From a virus (Duplodnaviria; Heunggongvirae; Uroviricota; Caudoviricetes): a DNA stretch of 64,000 nt. A program made the position numbers and the translations under genes. The notes under the pieces were generated by a model. That model was given only the letters and a program-made list of their open reading frames with translations. It made no database searches and was not told where the DNA came from. Location of the stretch: IMG/VR virus record IMGVR_UViG_3300036860_000563, positions 1 to 64,000 of that record, one strand, 5' to 3'. Below, in pieces: positions 53,739 to 64,000 of this stretch (positions are counted from its first letter, which is position 1; each line of letters starts with the position of its first letter).

Positions 53739-55469
53739 GTGGACGAGAACGAGGCTGTGGTCTTTCCTCAGAACCTCTCAGCGCTCTCCGTCGAGACGCT
53801 CTCCACGCTGGAGACGCAGGCACTCACGGAGTTCGACGCGCTCTCCGACCCCCAGACCGACATCGATGACACCGGCGTTCAGCGACTGGTGGTGCTCGCC
53901 GACGGCATCGAGGCCGTGAAGACCGAGCTCACCGGTCGGCGTGCCACCCAGCAGGAACGTCTGGTAACCGCCGCGAGTCAACGTGATCGCGTTCAGCGCA
54001 TGCGCACGGTGGAGCTGATGACCGCCGAGACGCCCGTGACCCCGGTCGTCGTGGACGACGAGCCCGAGACCGGTACACCCACCGAACCCGTGGTGTCAGA
54101 TGTCGCGCCGGTGGCCACACCAACGATCACACCGAGCGCCGAGTCGCCGCGCCGGCGCGCGTCACTCGCCGTCGCGCAGGCACGCGCACCCCACGTGCCG
54201 AGTGGAGTGAACGGCCCAGCGATGCACATCACGGCCGCGGCACCGACGTCCGGGGTGCAGATCGGAGCCCAGTTCGCCGACGTGGACGCGCTGGTCTCCG
54301 CGGTGCAGAGTCACGCGCGCAGCCTGATCACCACACGGGGCACACCGAGCTTCCTCACCGTCGCGACCATCGCGAACGAGTACGAGGAGGTCGTCGACGG
54401 CGGTGATCGGACGTCCCTCCAGGACTTCGAGTACATGGCACGGCGACTGCGCACACCCGAGGTACTCGATGCACTCGTCGCCGGCGGTGGCTGGTGCTCA
54501 CCGTCCGAGATCAGGTACAACTTCTTCAACGTCGCGTGTCAGGACGGCATGGTCGACCTGCCAACGTTCGGCGTGAAGCGTGGCGGCGTGCAGGTACCGA
54601 TCTCACCCTCGCTGGCCGACGTGTTCACCGGTACGTTCACCAACGCCACCAACCCCTGGCTGTGGACCGAGGCCGACGACATTCTCACCGTCACCGGTGT
54701 GCCGAACAAGCCGGTCGTCCGGGTACCGTGTGCGGGCTTCGTCGACCGGCGACTCGAGTGCTATGGCATCGCTCTCACCGCGGGCAACCTGACCGACAAC
54801 GCGTGGCCCGAGGCGACGCGCAACTTCCTCTCGCTGCTGATGTCGGCGCACTTCCACGCGTCCAACCAGCGGTACCTGCAGACGATGGCCGCGCTGTCCA
54901 GCTCGATCGTGAGCGTCACCGGCGGCGTCGGTACCGCGATCTCGGCGGACCTGCCGGACGCCGTCGCGATCGCGGCGAACGACTACCGGGTGCGCTACGG
55001 CATGTGTGAGAACGACGTCCTCGAGGTCATCCTCCCCCGCTGGGTGAGGGACGCCATCCGTGGTGACCTGTCACGACGCTCCGGTGACGCGACGTACCTG
55101 ATGATGACGGACGCGCAGGTCAACGCGCTGTTCACCGCTCGCAACGTCCGGGTGCAGTTCGTGATGGACTGGCAGGTACGCTCGGCGGGTCAGTTCGGCG
55201 GCACCACGCCGCTGACGGCCTGGCCGTCCACGGTCGACTTCATGATCTACGCCGCCGGGACGTTCATGCTCGGCAACGGCCTGACGCTCGATCTGGGTGT
55301 CGTCCGGGACAGCGTGCTCAACGCCGAGAACGATCACACAGCCGCGTGGACGGAAGAGTGTCACCTCATCACGCGCGTCGGCAACGAGTCACGGCAGTAC
55401 CGCGTGCCGGTCTGCGTCGGTGGCAAGACCGGTGGTACGTTCACCAGCTGCTTCACGATCGCCGGCTGA
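53739..55469 (+). CDS. major capsid protein (HK97 fold) with N-terminal delta/scaffolding-like domain
   Basis: C-terminal AAGTFMLGNGLTLDLGVVRDSVLNAENDHTAAWTEECHLITRVG aligns with HK97 gp5 AAGTFTVGGFDMASQVWDRMDATVEVSREDRDNFVKNMLTILCEERLALA. Coiled-coil then Pro-rich N-terminal region. Confidence 0.6.
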   Translation: MDENEAVVFPQNLSALSVETLSTLETQALTEFDALSDPQTDIDDTGVQRLVVLADGIEAVKTELTGRRATQQERLVTAASQRDRVQRMRTVELMTAETPVTPVVVDDEPETGTPTEPVVSDVAPVATPTITPSAESPRRRASLAVAQARAPHVPSGVNGPAMHITAAAPTSGVQIGAQFADVDALVSAVQSHARSLITTRGTPSFLTVATIANEYEEVVDGGDRTSLQDFEYMARRLRTPEVLDALVAGGGWCSPSEIRYNFFNVACQDGMVDLPTFGVKRGGVQVPISPSLADVFTGTFTNATNPWLWTEADDILTVTGVPNKPVVRVPCAGFVDRRLECYGIALTAGNLTDNAWPEATRNFLSLLMSAHFHASNQRYLQTMAALSSSIVSVTGGVGTAISADLPDAVAIAANDYRVRYGMCENDVLEVILPRWVRDAIRGDLSRRSGDATYLMMTDAQVNALFTARNVRVQFVMDWQVRSAGQFGGTTPLTAWPSTVDFMIYAAGTFMLGNGLTLDLGVVRDSVLNAENDHTAAWTEECHLITRVGNESRQYRVPVCVGGKTGGTFTSCFTIAG

Positions 55470-55527
55470 GTCGGGTAAGTGATCGTTCTTACCCAGGCTC
55501 ACGGTAGACGGAGGGAGGTGAACGCTG

Positions 55528-56448
55528 GTGCCTAACGCGCGACAACCACGCCGGTCCGTCGAGTCGCCAACGTTCACCCCTCTTCCGTACGGGTTGCTGT
55601 CGACGCTCACGCCCGAACTACGCTCACCGGCCGATCCCCACTGGCAGGCGGGTGTCACCTACGAGCCACTGTGTGGTGGTAGTGGTACGACGTTTGAGGA
55701 GTGCTTCTCCGTCACCGGAGTGGGGTTCGCGCCACCGACGGCGTCAAAGGTGGACACCGGTGGCCTCGACCGACGCGGTGCGACCGCGTTCACCGTCTAC
55801 GACCGCGTCGACTGCAGCGCGCCTGGGTTCTGGGAGCGCGCCGAGGAGGTCGTCGGCGAGCTGCTCACCGAGACCGAGCAGTGGCAGGTGGAGCGGACGT
55901 TCTGGACCGGCGTCGCGGGTGGTCAGACCGTCGTCTTTCCACACCTAGCGGCCAACGCGCCGGTGCTCGACGAGTCGGGCATTGTGCTGCAGACCGCGGC
56001 GGTGACGGTGACCGGTGCTGCACTCGACGTCGTCGAGGGACTCGGGCGCCTCGAGTCCACGGTGGCGGACTGCTACTCCGGCGTGGCGGTCATTCACGTA
56101 CCACGCACACTCGCACCCGCGCTCGCCAACGCGCAGCTGCTGGTGCGGGACGGCACGCGCTACCGAACGCACAACGGCAACCTGGTGGTGCTGGGAGCGG
56201 GTTACCGCGGGACGGCACCGGACGGCTCAACGCCCAGCGGTTCCGCGTGGGTCTACGCCACCGGGGCGATGTTCATCTACCGTGGTCGTCCGGTCATACT
56301 ACCGATCCGAGACTCGGTCGACCGCGCCGAAAACACGATCAACGCGATCGCCGAACGTACGTACGTCATCGGCTGGGACTGCTGTCACGTAGGAGTTAAC
56401 CTCTCCACCGGCGGGATCATCACAGGCGCCGTCAACGGCGCGAGCTAG
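55528..56448 (+). CDS. virion structural protein (hypothetical)
   Basis: Position in the head/tail module. 306 aa. Confidence 0.4.
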   Translation: MPNARQPRRSVESPTFTPLPYGLLSTLTPELRSPADPHWQAGVTYEPLCGGSGTTFEECFSVTGVGFAPPTASKVDTGGLDRRGATAFTVYDRVDCSAPGFWERAEEVVGELLTETEQWQVERTFWTGVAGGQTVVFPHLAANAPVLDESGIVLQTAAVTVTGAALDVVEGLGRLESTVADCYSGVAVIHVPRTLAPALANAQLLVRDGTRYRTHNGNLVVLGAGYRGTAPDGSTPSGSAWVYATGAMFIYRGRPVILPIRDSVDRAENTINAIAERTYVIGWDCCHVGVNLSTGGIITGAVNGAS

Positions 56449-56457
56449 GAGTGTGAC

Positions 56458-57120
56458 ATGGTAGCCCAGTGCGCGTCCGCCATCCAAGCGAGGGTGGCGC
56501 GACTCATCAAGCTGGACGTCTGTGGTAACCCGGTCACCGGAGCGGGCAGCGCCGTCGTCGTCACAGACGGCTTCGTCAGCATCCAGCCGTCGCCGCAGTA
56601 CCTCGACGGCGAGGAGCACCAGCAGCGCAAGGCCAACGGCTCACTCTGCCTCTACCAGAAGGACCCGTCCGAGCTGACGCGTGTCGAGCTCACAGTCAAC
56701 TGGTGTGTGATGGACCCGGACGCGATTGTGATCGTCACCGGGGAGCGACTACTCGCCAACGCGGGTGTGACTGGCACGGGTGTCGCGCTGGGCGAGGGCC
56801 AGCTGACGGCACACTTCTCACTCGAGGTGTGGCAACCCATCGTCGGGGCGGGAGCGTGTGACACGTCTGGCCTGCAGCGTTTCCTCTACTGGGCGTTCCC
56901 CAACGTCACCAACACCAAGGTCAACCAGTTCACGTTCGAGAACGCACCGCTGCAGTTTACCACACAGTCGGAGACGATGGCCGTGGGCTCACTGTGGGGT
57001 GACGGTCCGGGCAGCGCCGGCCCCTGGGCGCCCGTGTTTCAGACCGGTGAGCACTTCATGTTCAACATCACAACCGTCGCGCTACCGACCGCGACGTGCG
57101 GAGCTGTGCTACTCTCGTGA
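56458..57120 (+). CDS. virion structural protein (hypothetical)
   Basis: 220 aa, beta-rich composition. Confidence 0.4.
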   Translation: MVAQCASAIQARVARLIKLDVCGNPVTGAGSAVVVTDGFVSIQPSPQYLDGEEHQQRKANGSLCLYQKDPSELTRVELTVNWCVMDPDAIVIVTGERLLANAGVTGTGVALGEGQLTAHFSLEVWQPIVGAGACDTSGLQRFLYWAFPNVTNTKVNQFTFENAPLQFTTQSETMAVGSLWGDGPGSAGPWAPVFQTGEHFMFNITTVALPTATCGAVLLS

Positions 57121-57134
57121 GGTGGTGACGTCGT

Positions 57135-57509
57135 GTGGTAGCCGTTGGTTACACAGCGACGCCACGTCGTGAACAGATCTGGTCACGTGACGGTGTCGTC
57201 ACCGTGGTAGCGAGTCCGCTACGCTGGTACAACCGAACCGGTGGCACACGCACGATTCACGGTGCGTGGGTCGCGGCCGGAACGGCGCCGACCGGCGCGG
57301 ACATCATCGTGGACCTAAACAAGAACGGTGTGACGCTGTTCACGGTGCAGGCCAACCGACCGCGTGTGCTCGTCGGCACGAACGGTGGAGCGCTCGCGAC
57401 ACCCGCTGTGACGACGTTCGCGGACGGTGACTACCTGACGGTGGACGTGGACCAGGTTGGCAGCGGCGTCGCCGGTGCTGACGTCACCGTCGGGGTGCTG
57501 GTGAGCTGA
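57135..57509 (+). CDS. virion structural protein (hypothetical, Gly/Val-rich)
   Basis: 124 aa. Confidence 0.4.
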   Translation: MVAVGYTATPRREQIWSRDGVVTVVASPLRWYNRTGGTRTIHGAWVAAGTAPTGADIIVDLNKNGVTLFTVQANRPRVLVGTNGGALATPAVTTFADGDYLTVDVDQVGSGVAGADVTVGVLVS

Positions 57510-57533
57510 GAACTGAGAGCGTGGTGAACTGAG

Positions 57534-57851
57534 GTGGGAGTCTTCGCGCTGGCGACCGAGTGTCGCTGGGAGTGTCCCAACTGCGCACTCACGCAGGTGA
57601 CGCACGAGGCGACGCCGCACACTCGCTTTCACTCGTGTCGTGGGCTGCGCGGGCTCACCGCACCTATGATCCCAGCGGGTACACGCTGTCGCGTGAGTGC
57701 GATCGAGCGCGAGGACTACGTCCGACGAGAACACGTACAGCGTGACGGAGAGAATCGTCCCATTATGTCGGTGGTGACGACGCGAGACGACGGACGAGAC
57801 TGTGCGGTGCTCGCACCACTGATCGTAGTGCAAAGGAGTGAGTGCGCGTGA
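57534..57851 (+). CDS. Cys-containing hypothetical protein
   Basis: CRWECPNC motif. Confidence 0.35.
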   Translation: MGVFALATECRWECPNCALTQVTHEATPHTRFHSCRGLRGLTAPMIPAGTRCRVSAIEREDYVRREHVQRDGENRPIMSVVTTRDDGRDCAVLAPLIVVQRSECA

Positions 57852-58159
57852 GCTCTGAGGCTGGGCTAGAGGGTCTCGACGCGGTGGTGCGTGTTGATGA
57901 TCCCGCTGTTCGACTGCGGCAGACCGAGGCCACGGTTGAGTACTACGAGCGTGAACACACTCACGCACGAGACATGATCGAGCGACTCGAGCGTAAGCAG
58001 GTCGAGTGGCGAGCGCGCTGCGAGGCGTTCACAGCCGAGGTCGAGCGAGAGCTCGCGGCGGCACACACCGAAGAGTCACTCGCGGCGCAACGGGTCGTGG
58101 ACACTCGCGCACTTCACACGCAACTCACGGAGGAGGTGGCCGCCGGTGGCCTGGGCTGA
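57842..58159 (+). CDS. coiled-coil hypothetical protein
   Basis: 105 aa, Glu/Arg/Ala-rich. Confidence 0.35.
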   Translation: MRVSSEAGLEGLDAVVRVDDPAVRLRQTEATVEYYEREHTHARDMIERLERKQVEWRARCEAFTAEVERELAAAHTEESLAAQRVVDTRALHTQLTEEVAAGGLG

Positions 58160-58616
58160 CAGCCGGATGTTCCGTTCACTCGTCGCGGACGTCTTCGACA
58201 ACACGGCGGCGCTTGACTTTGGCACGGACTCGTTCAAGGTCGCGCTCTACAACAACACGATCACACCGGACAACGACGTAACGTCCGCCAACAGCGCGTA
58301 CAACGTGGGACAGTGGGCCACCGCACAGGAGCAGTTTCAGGCGGGACAGTGGGCACAGGGTGGTGTCGCGCTCACCGGGCAGACGCTCAACTCGGGTACC
58401 GCCGACGTGGTGTTCTTCGACGCCAACGACACGGCGTCCGGCAGCGCGGCGACTCTGGCCAACGTCTACGGCTGCCTGGTCTACGACGACACCATCGCCT
58501 CACCGGTGGCGGACCAGGGTGCGACGTACAACTACTTTGGTGGCACCAACTCGGTGACCAACGGGACGTTTACCGTCGTCTGGCACGTGAACGGCATCTG
58601 GCGAGGGACTCTCTAA
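58146..58616 (+). CDS. virion structural protein (hypothetical)
   Basis: 156 aa, Thr/Asn/Gly-rich. Confidence 0.4.
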   Translation: MAWADSRMFRSLVADVFDNTAALDFGTDSFKVALYNNTITPDNDVTSANSAYNVGQWATAQEQFQAGQWAQGGVALTGQTLNSGTADVVFFDANDTASGSAATLANVYGCLVYDDTIASPVADQGATYNYFGGTNSVTNGTFTVVWHVNGIWRGTL

Positions 58617-58633
58617 GAGCGAGGAGAACGGCA

Positions 58634-58966
58634 GTGAGCTGCGGTGACACCACGATCGCCTGGGTGCCGACCCTGGGTGCCGCGTCCTGGTCGGGTGACG
58701 TCAGTCCGGTCAACAGGTCGTTCTCGGTGGTGTTTACCTCAGCACTGGCCGCCGCGGTCACCGTCATCAACAACGTGCCGCACCTGGGCACCTGGTCGCA
58801 CAACGGCACCGAGTTCCGCTGGACGGCCGCGCTGGAGGGCTTCACCTGGAACTTCGTCGTACTGGCCGAGGGGTGTGATGACCTCGGCAGCGTCACCGGC
58901 GCCAGCGGCACCGCCACGGACGGCAACGCCAACCGGTACGACGCCGACATGACTCGGAACCTGTAG
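58634..58966 (+). CDS. hypothetical protein
   Basis: GAGGAG RBS before GTG. The ORF table shows a longer frame opening at 58313. Confidence 0.4.
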   Translation: MSCGDTTIAWVPTLGAASWSGDVSPVNRSFSVVFTSALAAAVTVINNVPHLGTWSHNGTEFRWTAALEGFTWNFVVLAEGCDDLGSVTGASGTATDGNANRYDADMTRNL

Positions 58967-59191
58967 GCAGGAGACCGTCATGGGACTGAGCACCGACAAC
59001 TTCGTCCAGCCACCCAAGGTCGTGACCTTTAACGGTACGGCCGGGTTTTGGCCCACTGTCCACAACACCGTCGGTTGTGCTGTGGGTTCGCCCGAGGTCA
59101 TCACAATCCACCGATGACTGCACACGGTAACGGGCAGTTGCGGCCGGGGCCTTGATCCTCGACGCGACAACGATGTAGGGAAGGGTGTCGC

Positions 59192-61411
59192 ATGACGACC
59201 GGACTAACCGTCGATAACATCATTCAAAGCAAAGTAGGCAGCTTCGAGTCGACCAGCGGTACGGCAACGCTGGACGCCGGTACGACAGCCGGCAACACCG
59301 TGTGCATCATCGCAGCGATTCGCGGTGATGGTCCCGATACTGGGAACTCGTGGACCATCGCGTTGCCCACCGGGTTCACCCAGGCAGAGGGTCAAGGGGG
59401 TACGTTCCAGAACTACGGCGCGATCTACGCGTTCATCAAGCCTAGTGCGAGCGCGGATGAGACGGCTTGGACCCTGGCGGTTACGGGTAGTGGTGCGCAG
59501 CTCGTCGAGTGGGTCGCGTTTGAGATGACCAACATCGACTGCGACTGGACCGACAAGATCTACTTGCATGCCATCAACACCGGTGCCATCTCGGCTGCCG
59601 CCACGCGATCGACGGGTAGCACCAGCGTGTCGGAGACAATGAGCGGGCTGGCCGTCGCAGCGTTCTGGGCAGTGAGCCCTGACACCACTGTGCCAACGTT
59701 CACTAACTACACCAACGACTTCTTTGAGGTGGCAAGCACGTCAGCGAGCAACTCACCGCGAGCGTGTGCGCTGTCCGTCGTCGCGAAGCAGCAGCGAGTC
59801 CTGCAAACGGTGGAGTGTACCGCAACGATGTCGCCGGACGCTATCACGACAGCGTTCGTGCTCGTGTTTACCGGACTGGATTCTCAACACGCTACGAACG
59901 TGAACGCGTGCTTTGGTGCGGAAGTCGGTACGGCCCAGTCAATCACCGCAGGTGGCGGTGGCGGACTCTCCAGCGGAACACCGATCTGGGACGGCGTCGC
60001 TGGCTCGCCGGCCGTCGTGACGAACAGCCCACGAAGCGGTAACTACTGCCTGGAGTTGTCGTCCGTTGCGTCTGCGGAGAACCTGACGTGGCTGCGAAGT
60101 GATCTGCCGGTGGGTAACCTTGGTGTCGCGGCCGCGCCGGTGCCGGTCGCGGTGGAGCGGTTCCACGTCTACTTCCCGACGGCGCTACCGGTGGTGGACG
60201 TAGACCTGGCGTCCGTAGAAGTCGGGTCACTGGCCAACGGCCTGGTGATCCGGTTCGTAGCGGCCAGCTCGAAGATCGGGGTGAAGATCGGCAGCGGTAC
60301 AGAGGTGCTCTCCGACGCTGTGGTGGTAGCGAACAAGTGGATCGGGATCGACTACTTCTACGATCCTCGAACAACGACGCACACCTGTGCATGGCAGGTT
60401 GACTACGACGCGACCCCCGGTGACGCGACCGAACCTGTGGCGCAATCACCGGCCAGCGCGTCTGGCATGACCGCCGGAAGCGTTACGGTGATTCGGAAGG
60501 GTTGGACAGGTACGACCATTACCGCGACCGTTCGCTACGACGACATCGTCTTTACCCGATTCCGCAAGGCCTACCCCATCGGCGACGTGCGGATCGTACC
60601 ACTGAAGGTCGACCCTGCGGGTACACCCGCCGTGAAGAGTGACCTGGGTGGGGCTGGTACGGAGTCCAACTTCAAGGTGTTCTCCAACAACGGTACCATG
60701 GCGACGTGGAGCGCGACCGGCACCCGTACCGCACTGGATGACATCCCGCCAACGATCGGCGGCAGCTCCGACGGTCTCGCGCAGGTCGCCGTATCTATGA
60801 CGGACTACGTCGAAGTACCCATGGAGACGTACGCACTAGCACCCAACTTCGTGGCGGTAGGTGGACGCTGGTACTGGTGGGGCTGGGCCGCGAGCGCGAA
60901 CCCGGCGAACATTCGGTTCAAGGCCGGCGACGGTGTTACCGACTTCTTTAGCGTTGGCTCTGGTACCGACAACGGCTTCGACGACACGAGCCAGCAGTGT
61001 GTTGCGTGCATGCACAACGCGACGAGCAACCAGAACGTAGCTTACCAACTGACGCAGGCCAAGCTCGACGCTCTCGTCGCCACATTCGGCCGGTCAGGTG
61101 ACGCCAACCCGGACTGCGGTGTTCACGCCGTTCTCTTCGAGTTGGTTCTCAAGCCCGCAGTGGTCGTGGGCGTACTCGAGTCCGAGGGTGGTGCCTTCAA
61201 GGTGTACAGCCGGATGGATGGACTGTCGGGCGCAGTCGTAAGCTACCTGGTCACCACACCGGCAGGTGTGCGTGGTGCGACCTTCTACTGGACGATCAAC
61301 GGTGTCGACGGCAGTCAGTACGTTGGGCCCAACACTACGTGGGAGAAGAACGTAGGCGCGGTCGACCTCAGTGCGGTGACGTACGTCGCACTAGCGTCGG
61401 ATCCAACGTAG
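59192..61411 (+). CDS. large tail / receptor-binding-like structural protein
   Basis: 739 aa, Gly/Thr/Ala-rich. Confidence 0.45.
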   Translation: MTTGLTVDNIIQSKVGSFESTSGTATLDAGTTAGNTVCIIAAIRGDGPDTGNSWTIALPTGFTQAEGQGGTFQNYGAIYAFIKPSASADETAWTLAVTGSGAQLVEWVAFEMTNIDCDWTDKIYLHAINTGAISAAATRSTGSTSVSETMSGLAVAAFWAVSPDTTVPTFTNYTNDFFEVASTSASNSPRACALSVVAKQQRVLQTVECTATMSPDAITTAFVLVFTGLDSQHATNVNACFGAEVGTAQSITAGGGGGLSSGTPIWDGVAGSPAVVTNSPRSGNYCLELSSVASAENLTWLRSDLPVGNLGVAAAPVPVAVERFHVYFPTALPVVDVDLASVEVGSLANGLVIRFVAASSKIGVKIGSGTEVLSDAVVVANKWIGIDYFYDPRTTTHTCAWQVDYDATPGDATEPVAQSPASASGMTAGSVTVIRKGWTGTTITATVRYDDIVFTRFRKAYPIGDVRIVPLKVDPAGTPAVKSDLGGAGTESNFKVFSNNGTMATWSATGTRTALDDIPPTIGGSSDGLAQVAVSMTDYVEVPMETYALAPNFVAVGGRWYWWGWAASANPANIRFKAGDGVTDFFSVGSGTDNGFDDTSQQCVACMHNATSNQNVAYQLTQAKLDALVATFGRSGDANPDCGVHAVLFELVLKPAVVVGVLESEGGAFKVYSRMDGLSGAVVSYLVTTPAGVRGATFYWTINGVDGSQYVGPNTTWEKNVGAVDLSAVTYVALASDPT

Positions 61412-61422
61412 GAGTACGTCCA

Positions 61423-62139
61423 GTGGCTATGCCGCTAGTGGTAGGAGTCGGCACCGGTGCGAGTGGCGCCGGTGCCGTTACTCCTGCGTTTCCCGCAAGT
61501 TACTCCGCAGTCGACTTTCACGTTGCTGTCACCCTCTGTGAGTGTGACACCACTGACACAATTACGCCACCCTCTGGGTGGGCGCAGATCGATGCCGCGA
61601 ACGTCGCTTCCGGTACTACGACGAAGCTCACAGCGTTGTGGAAGCGCCTCGTAGCAGGTGACACCGCGCCACAGATCGCTGACGCCGGTAATCACATCAT
61701 GGCCCGGATGATGATCGTTAGTGGGTGTGTTGCTACCGGGAACCCGTGGAACGTAGAACTGATAGCGACCGAGTTAACAGCAGACACCACTGTGTCGTGC
61801 CCAGCCGTCACCACCACCGCTCCAAACTGCCTGATCCTGAACGCCTTCTCGACGGGTCAAGATATCGCCTCCAACGCCGGCGCTACCGGTTGGGCTAACG
61901 CCAGCCTCGCTAATGTGGTAGAGTGGATGGACGACTGGACGGCATCCGGCACCGGTGGTGGCTTCTCACTGGCCACCGGCGAGCTGGCGATCGCCGGGAG
62001 CACCGGCAACACCACGGCGACGCTGTCGCTGACCGCTAACTTCAAGGGCCTGGTCACGATCGCGCTGAAGGGCGCCGTTGATGTCGCGGCACCACCGGCA
62101 CGTCGTGATCGTGACATGGGCACGTTGCTTCAACTGTGA
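61423..62139 (+). CDS. structural protein (hypothetical)
   Basis: GGAG RBS before GTG 61423 (the ORF opens at 61339). Confidence 0.4.
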   Translation: MAMPLVVGVGTGASGAGAVTPAFPASYSAVDFHVAVTLCECDTTDTITPPSGWAQIDAANVASGTTTKLTALWKRLVAGDTAPQIADAGNHIMARMMIVSGCVATGNPWNVELIATELTADTTVSCPAVTTTAPNCLILNAFSTGQDIASNAGATGWANASLANVVEWMDDWTASGTGGGFSLATGELAIAGSTGNTTATLSLTANFKGLVTIALKGAVDVAAPPARRDRDMGTLLQL

Positions 62140-62154
62140 GGAGAGTGAGTCACC

Positions 62155-62637
62155 GTGGCAGCCCAGCGAGGAGTCTACACCGTCAGCTTTGCGGCGTCAT
62201 CGTTCACCAGTGCCAACGGTGACTACGACTTCTTCGAGTTAACGCCGGTTGATGACCGCCCGATTGAGATCGTAGCCATCTTCGTCGGCAATAAGAGTGA
62301 GGTGGGCGACGTACAGGAGGAGTTCATCGAGTACTCCATCGTCACCGACAACGCGACGACCGGTAACGGCGCCGCCACAACACCACGTCCGTTGGACGCA
62401 CGCGACGGCGCCGCCGGGTTTACCGCCGAGACCGTTGCGTCCACCACCGCGACGACCGGTACCGAGATCTTCTTACACCAGGACACGTTCAACATTCGAT
62501 CGGGTCTGCAGATCGTCTTTCCCGAGATCATGCGACCTAAGTGTGATCAAGGTGACACGATGATGTGTGTTCGCATGGAGCAGGGTCTCGCTGATGATGC
62601 GAGTATCGCGGGCACGATCTACGTTCGTGAGCTGTAG
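62155..62637 (+). CDS. structural protein (hypothetical)
   Basis: GTG start. GGAG RBS. Confidence 0.4.
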   Translation: MAAQRGVYTVSFAASSFTSANGDYDFFELTPVDDRPIEIVAIFVGNKSEVGDVQEEFIEYSIVTDNATTGNGAATTPRPLDARDGAAGFTAETVASTTATTGTEIFLHQDTFNIRSGLQIVFPEIMRPKCDQGDTMMCVRMEQGLADDASIAGTIYVREL

Positions 62638-62681
62638 TCAGGGGACCAGCAACTGACTAGGAGCTAGGAGTCAACGCCTAG

Positions 62682-64000
62682 TGCCGCTACCACTGTTTGG
62701 ACCGGACCCAACCTTCACCGTGGTGCGCCACCGGCGAAGGTTGATCATCAGTGCGCCCGGTGGCACGTACTGTGGTTCACGCGTCTGGAACGGCTCGGCC
62801 GGATTTGACGAGATCATCAACATAACTCCGGGTGGTACGAGTGGTCTCGACGGTGGCCCCATCACCGTCGCCGCGATCTGGCGGCCCGAGTCGACGCACT
62901 CCGGAACGCTCATCAAGGCGGAAGATTCGGCGAACAACGGTGTGTGGACACTGGTCGTCGACGTCGACGGCAAGTACTACACGCTCGCCGGTAGCACCGG
63001 GTTCTCGTCGTACGTGGTGGGAGACTGGCAGTTCATCGCGTATACGAAGGCGTCGGGTAGTGCGGCGATACGCTGGCACTTTAAGAACCTCACCACAGGT
63101 GGTGCGTGGAGTCACACCAACGGCGACACCGTCGGTGACGGCACCGGACCGGTTGACGAGATTCGCCTGGGTGGTGGCTTCGGCCGGCTCGACGGCAAGA
63201 TGTCCGTGCTCGGCGTCTGGTCGTCAGCACTGTCCGACAGTGACCTAGAGAACGTCGTCGGCGTTACGTCACTGCAGGCCTGGCTGGACTCCGGTCCGGC
63301 GGCGCTGTGGCCGTTCAACCAGTCCAGCAGCTCCGACCCGGTGCTCGACCTGACCACCGGTAACGCCGACCAGACCAGCGTCACCGGCACCGCGCCGGTC
63401 ACCGACACCGACGTGTCACCCAGCTGGTCGTGTGCACTCACCGCCGGCACGAACGTCAACGCCGGTGTCGCCACCGCTACGATCGTCGCCAACGGCGCGG
63501 TCACCGCGATCGCACCGCAGGCGGGCTCGGCCGCCACGACGTTAGCGCCCAGCGCACCGAGCGCCCGGGTGCAGCCGAACGCGGGCAGCGCCGCCCTCAC
63601 CGTCGTGGCCAACCCCGCGACGACGACGGTTCAACCGACGAGCGGAAGCGCCGGCGCGGCGCTGATCGGCAACGGAGTCGCGGCGACGGTGGCGCCGAGC
63701 GCGGGCAGCGCGTCCGTGACGTTCACGGCGAACGACGCGACGGTGACCGTCGGGTCCACGACGAACGCCAACGCCGGCGTCGCAGCTCTCACACTCGTCG
63801 CCAACGGAGTCACGGCCACGGTGGCGTCGTCAGCGCAGGCCGCGGCCGGCACGCTGACGGCGGGTGTCGCCAGCGCGAGCGTCAACGCGAGCGCTGGGCT
63901 CACGGGTGCCACACTCATGGCCAACGCGGCGACCACGCGCGTCTCACCAGCGTCACAGTTGACGTCCGTCACACTCACCGCGCTCGGTGCGACGACCGGT
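62682..64000 (+). CDS. tail-fibre-like protein with lectin-like N-terminal region and tandem Ala/Thr/Val-rich repeats; runs past the right edge
   Basis: AGGAG RBS before GTG 62682. Open frame to the end of the window, so it is absent from the ORF table. The minus-strand ORFs 63112..63612 and 63631..63978 are antisense to it. Confidence 0.5.

Overview
The window reads as most of a high-GC actinobacteriophage-type genome (GTG/TTG starts, ATGA/GTGA/TAATG gene overlaps, GGAGG-type RBSs). No integrase or repressor is recognisable.

Layout:
- Left arm (1-13.8 kb, all minus strand) is a replication and nucleotide-metabolism module: SNF2 helicase (runs off the left edge), RuvC-like resolvase, family-A DNA polymerase, dCMP deaminase, a ThyA-family enzyme, a dNMP kinase fused to a UDG-like domain, a tRNA, a 2OG-Fe(II) oxygenase, a ribosomal bL12-like protein and a Ro60/Rsr ortholog.
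- A 670-bp divergent intergenic region follows, then a primase-polymerase/D5-like helicase on the plus strand and an AT-rich iteron array that looks like an origin.
- 17.4-33.2 kb is a plus-strand run of mostly small genes. It includes a DNPH1-like enzyme, MazG, RNA ligase + polynucleotide kinase-phosphatase, a NADAR protein, a lipoprotein, an SPFH protein, a pol-beta nucleotidyltransferase and a metallophosphoesterase.
- 33.2 kb onward carries the large terminase, a tRNA/ncRNA island, a papain-like peptidase, HNH, a minimal protein kinase, then the structural block: an intein-containing portal, a 1832-aa MuF-like protein with a C-terminal ADP-ribosyltransferase, a prohead protease fused to a 2H phosphoesterase, an HK97-fold capsid protein, tail proteins and a repeat-rich fibre that runs off the right edge.

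Most interesting points:
1. A predicted cytosine-modification dNTP pathway. The ThyA homolog carries Asp at the position that sets pyrimidine specificity.
2. An unusually large RNA/ADP-ribose toolkit: Rsr with a possible Y RNA, bL12, Rnl-Pnkp, NTase, NADAR, and virion-borne ART and 2H-phosphoesterase domains.
3. In-frame short-tandem-repeat expansions across the genome.

All calls are by eye from the sequence. Coordinates of repeats and hairpins may be off by 1-2 nt.
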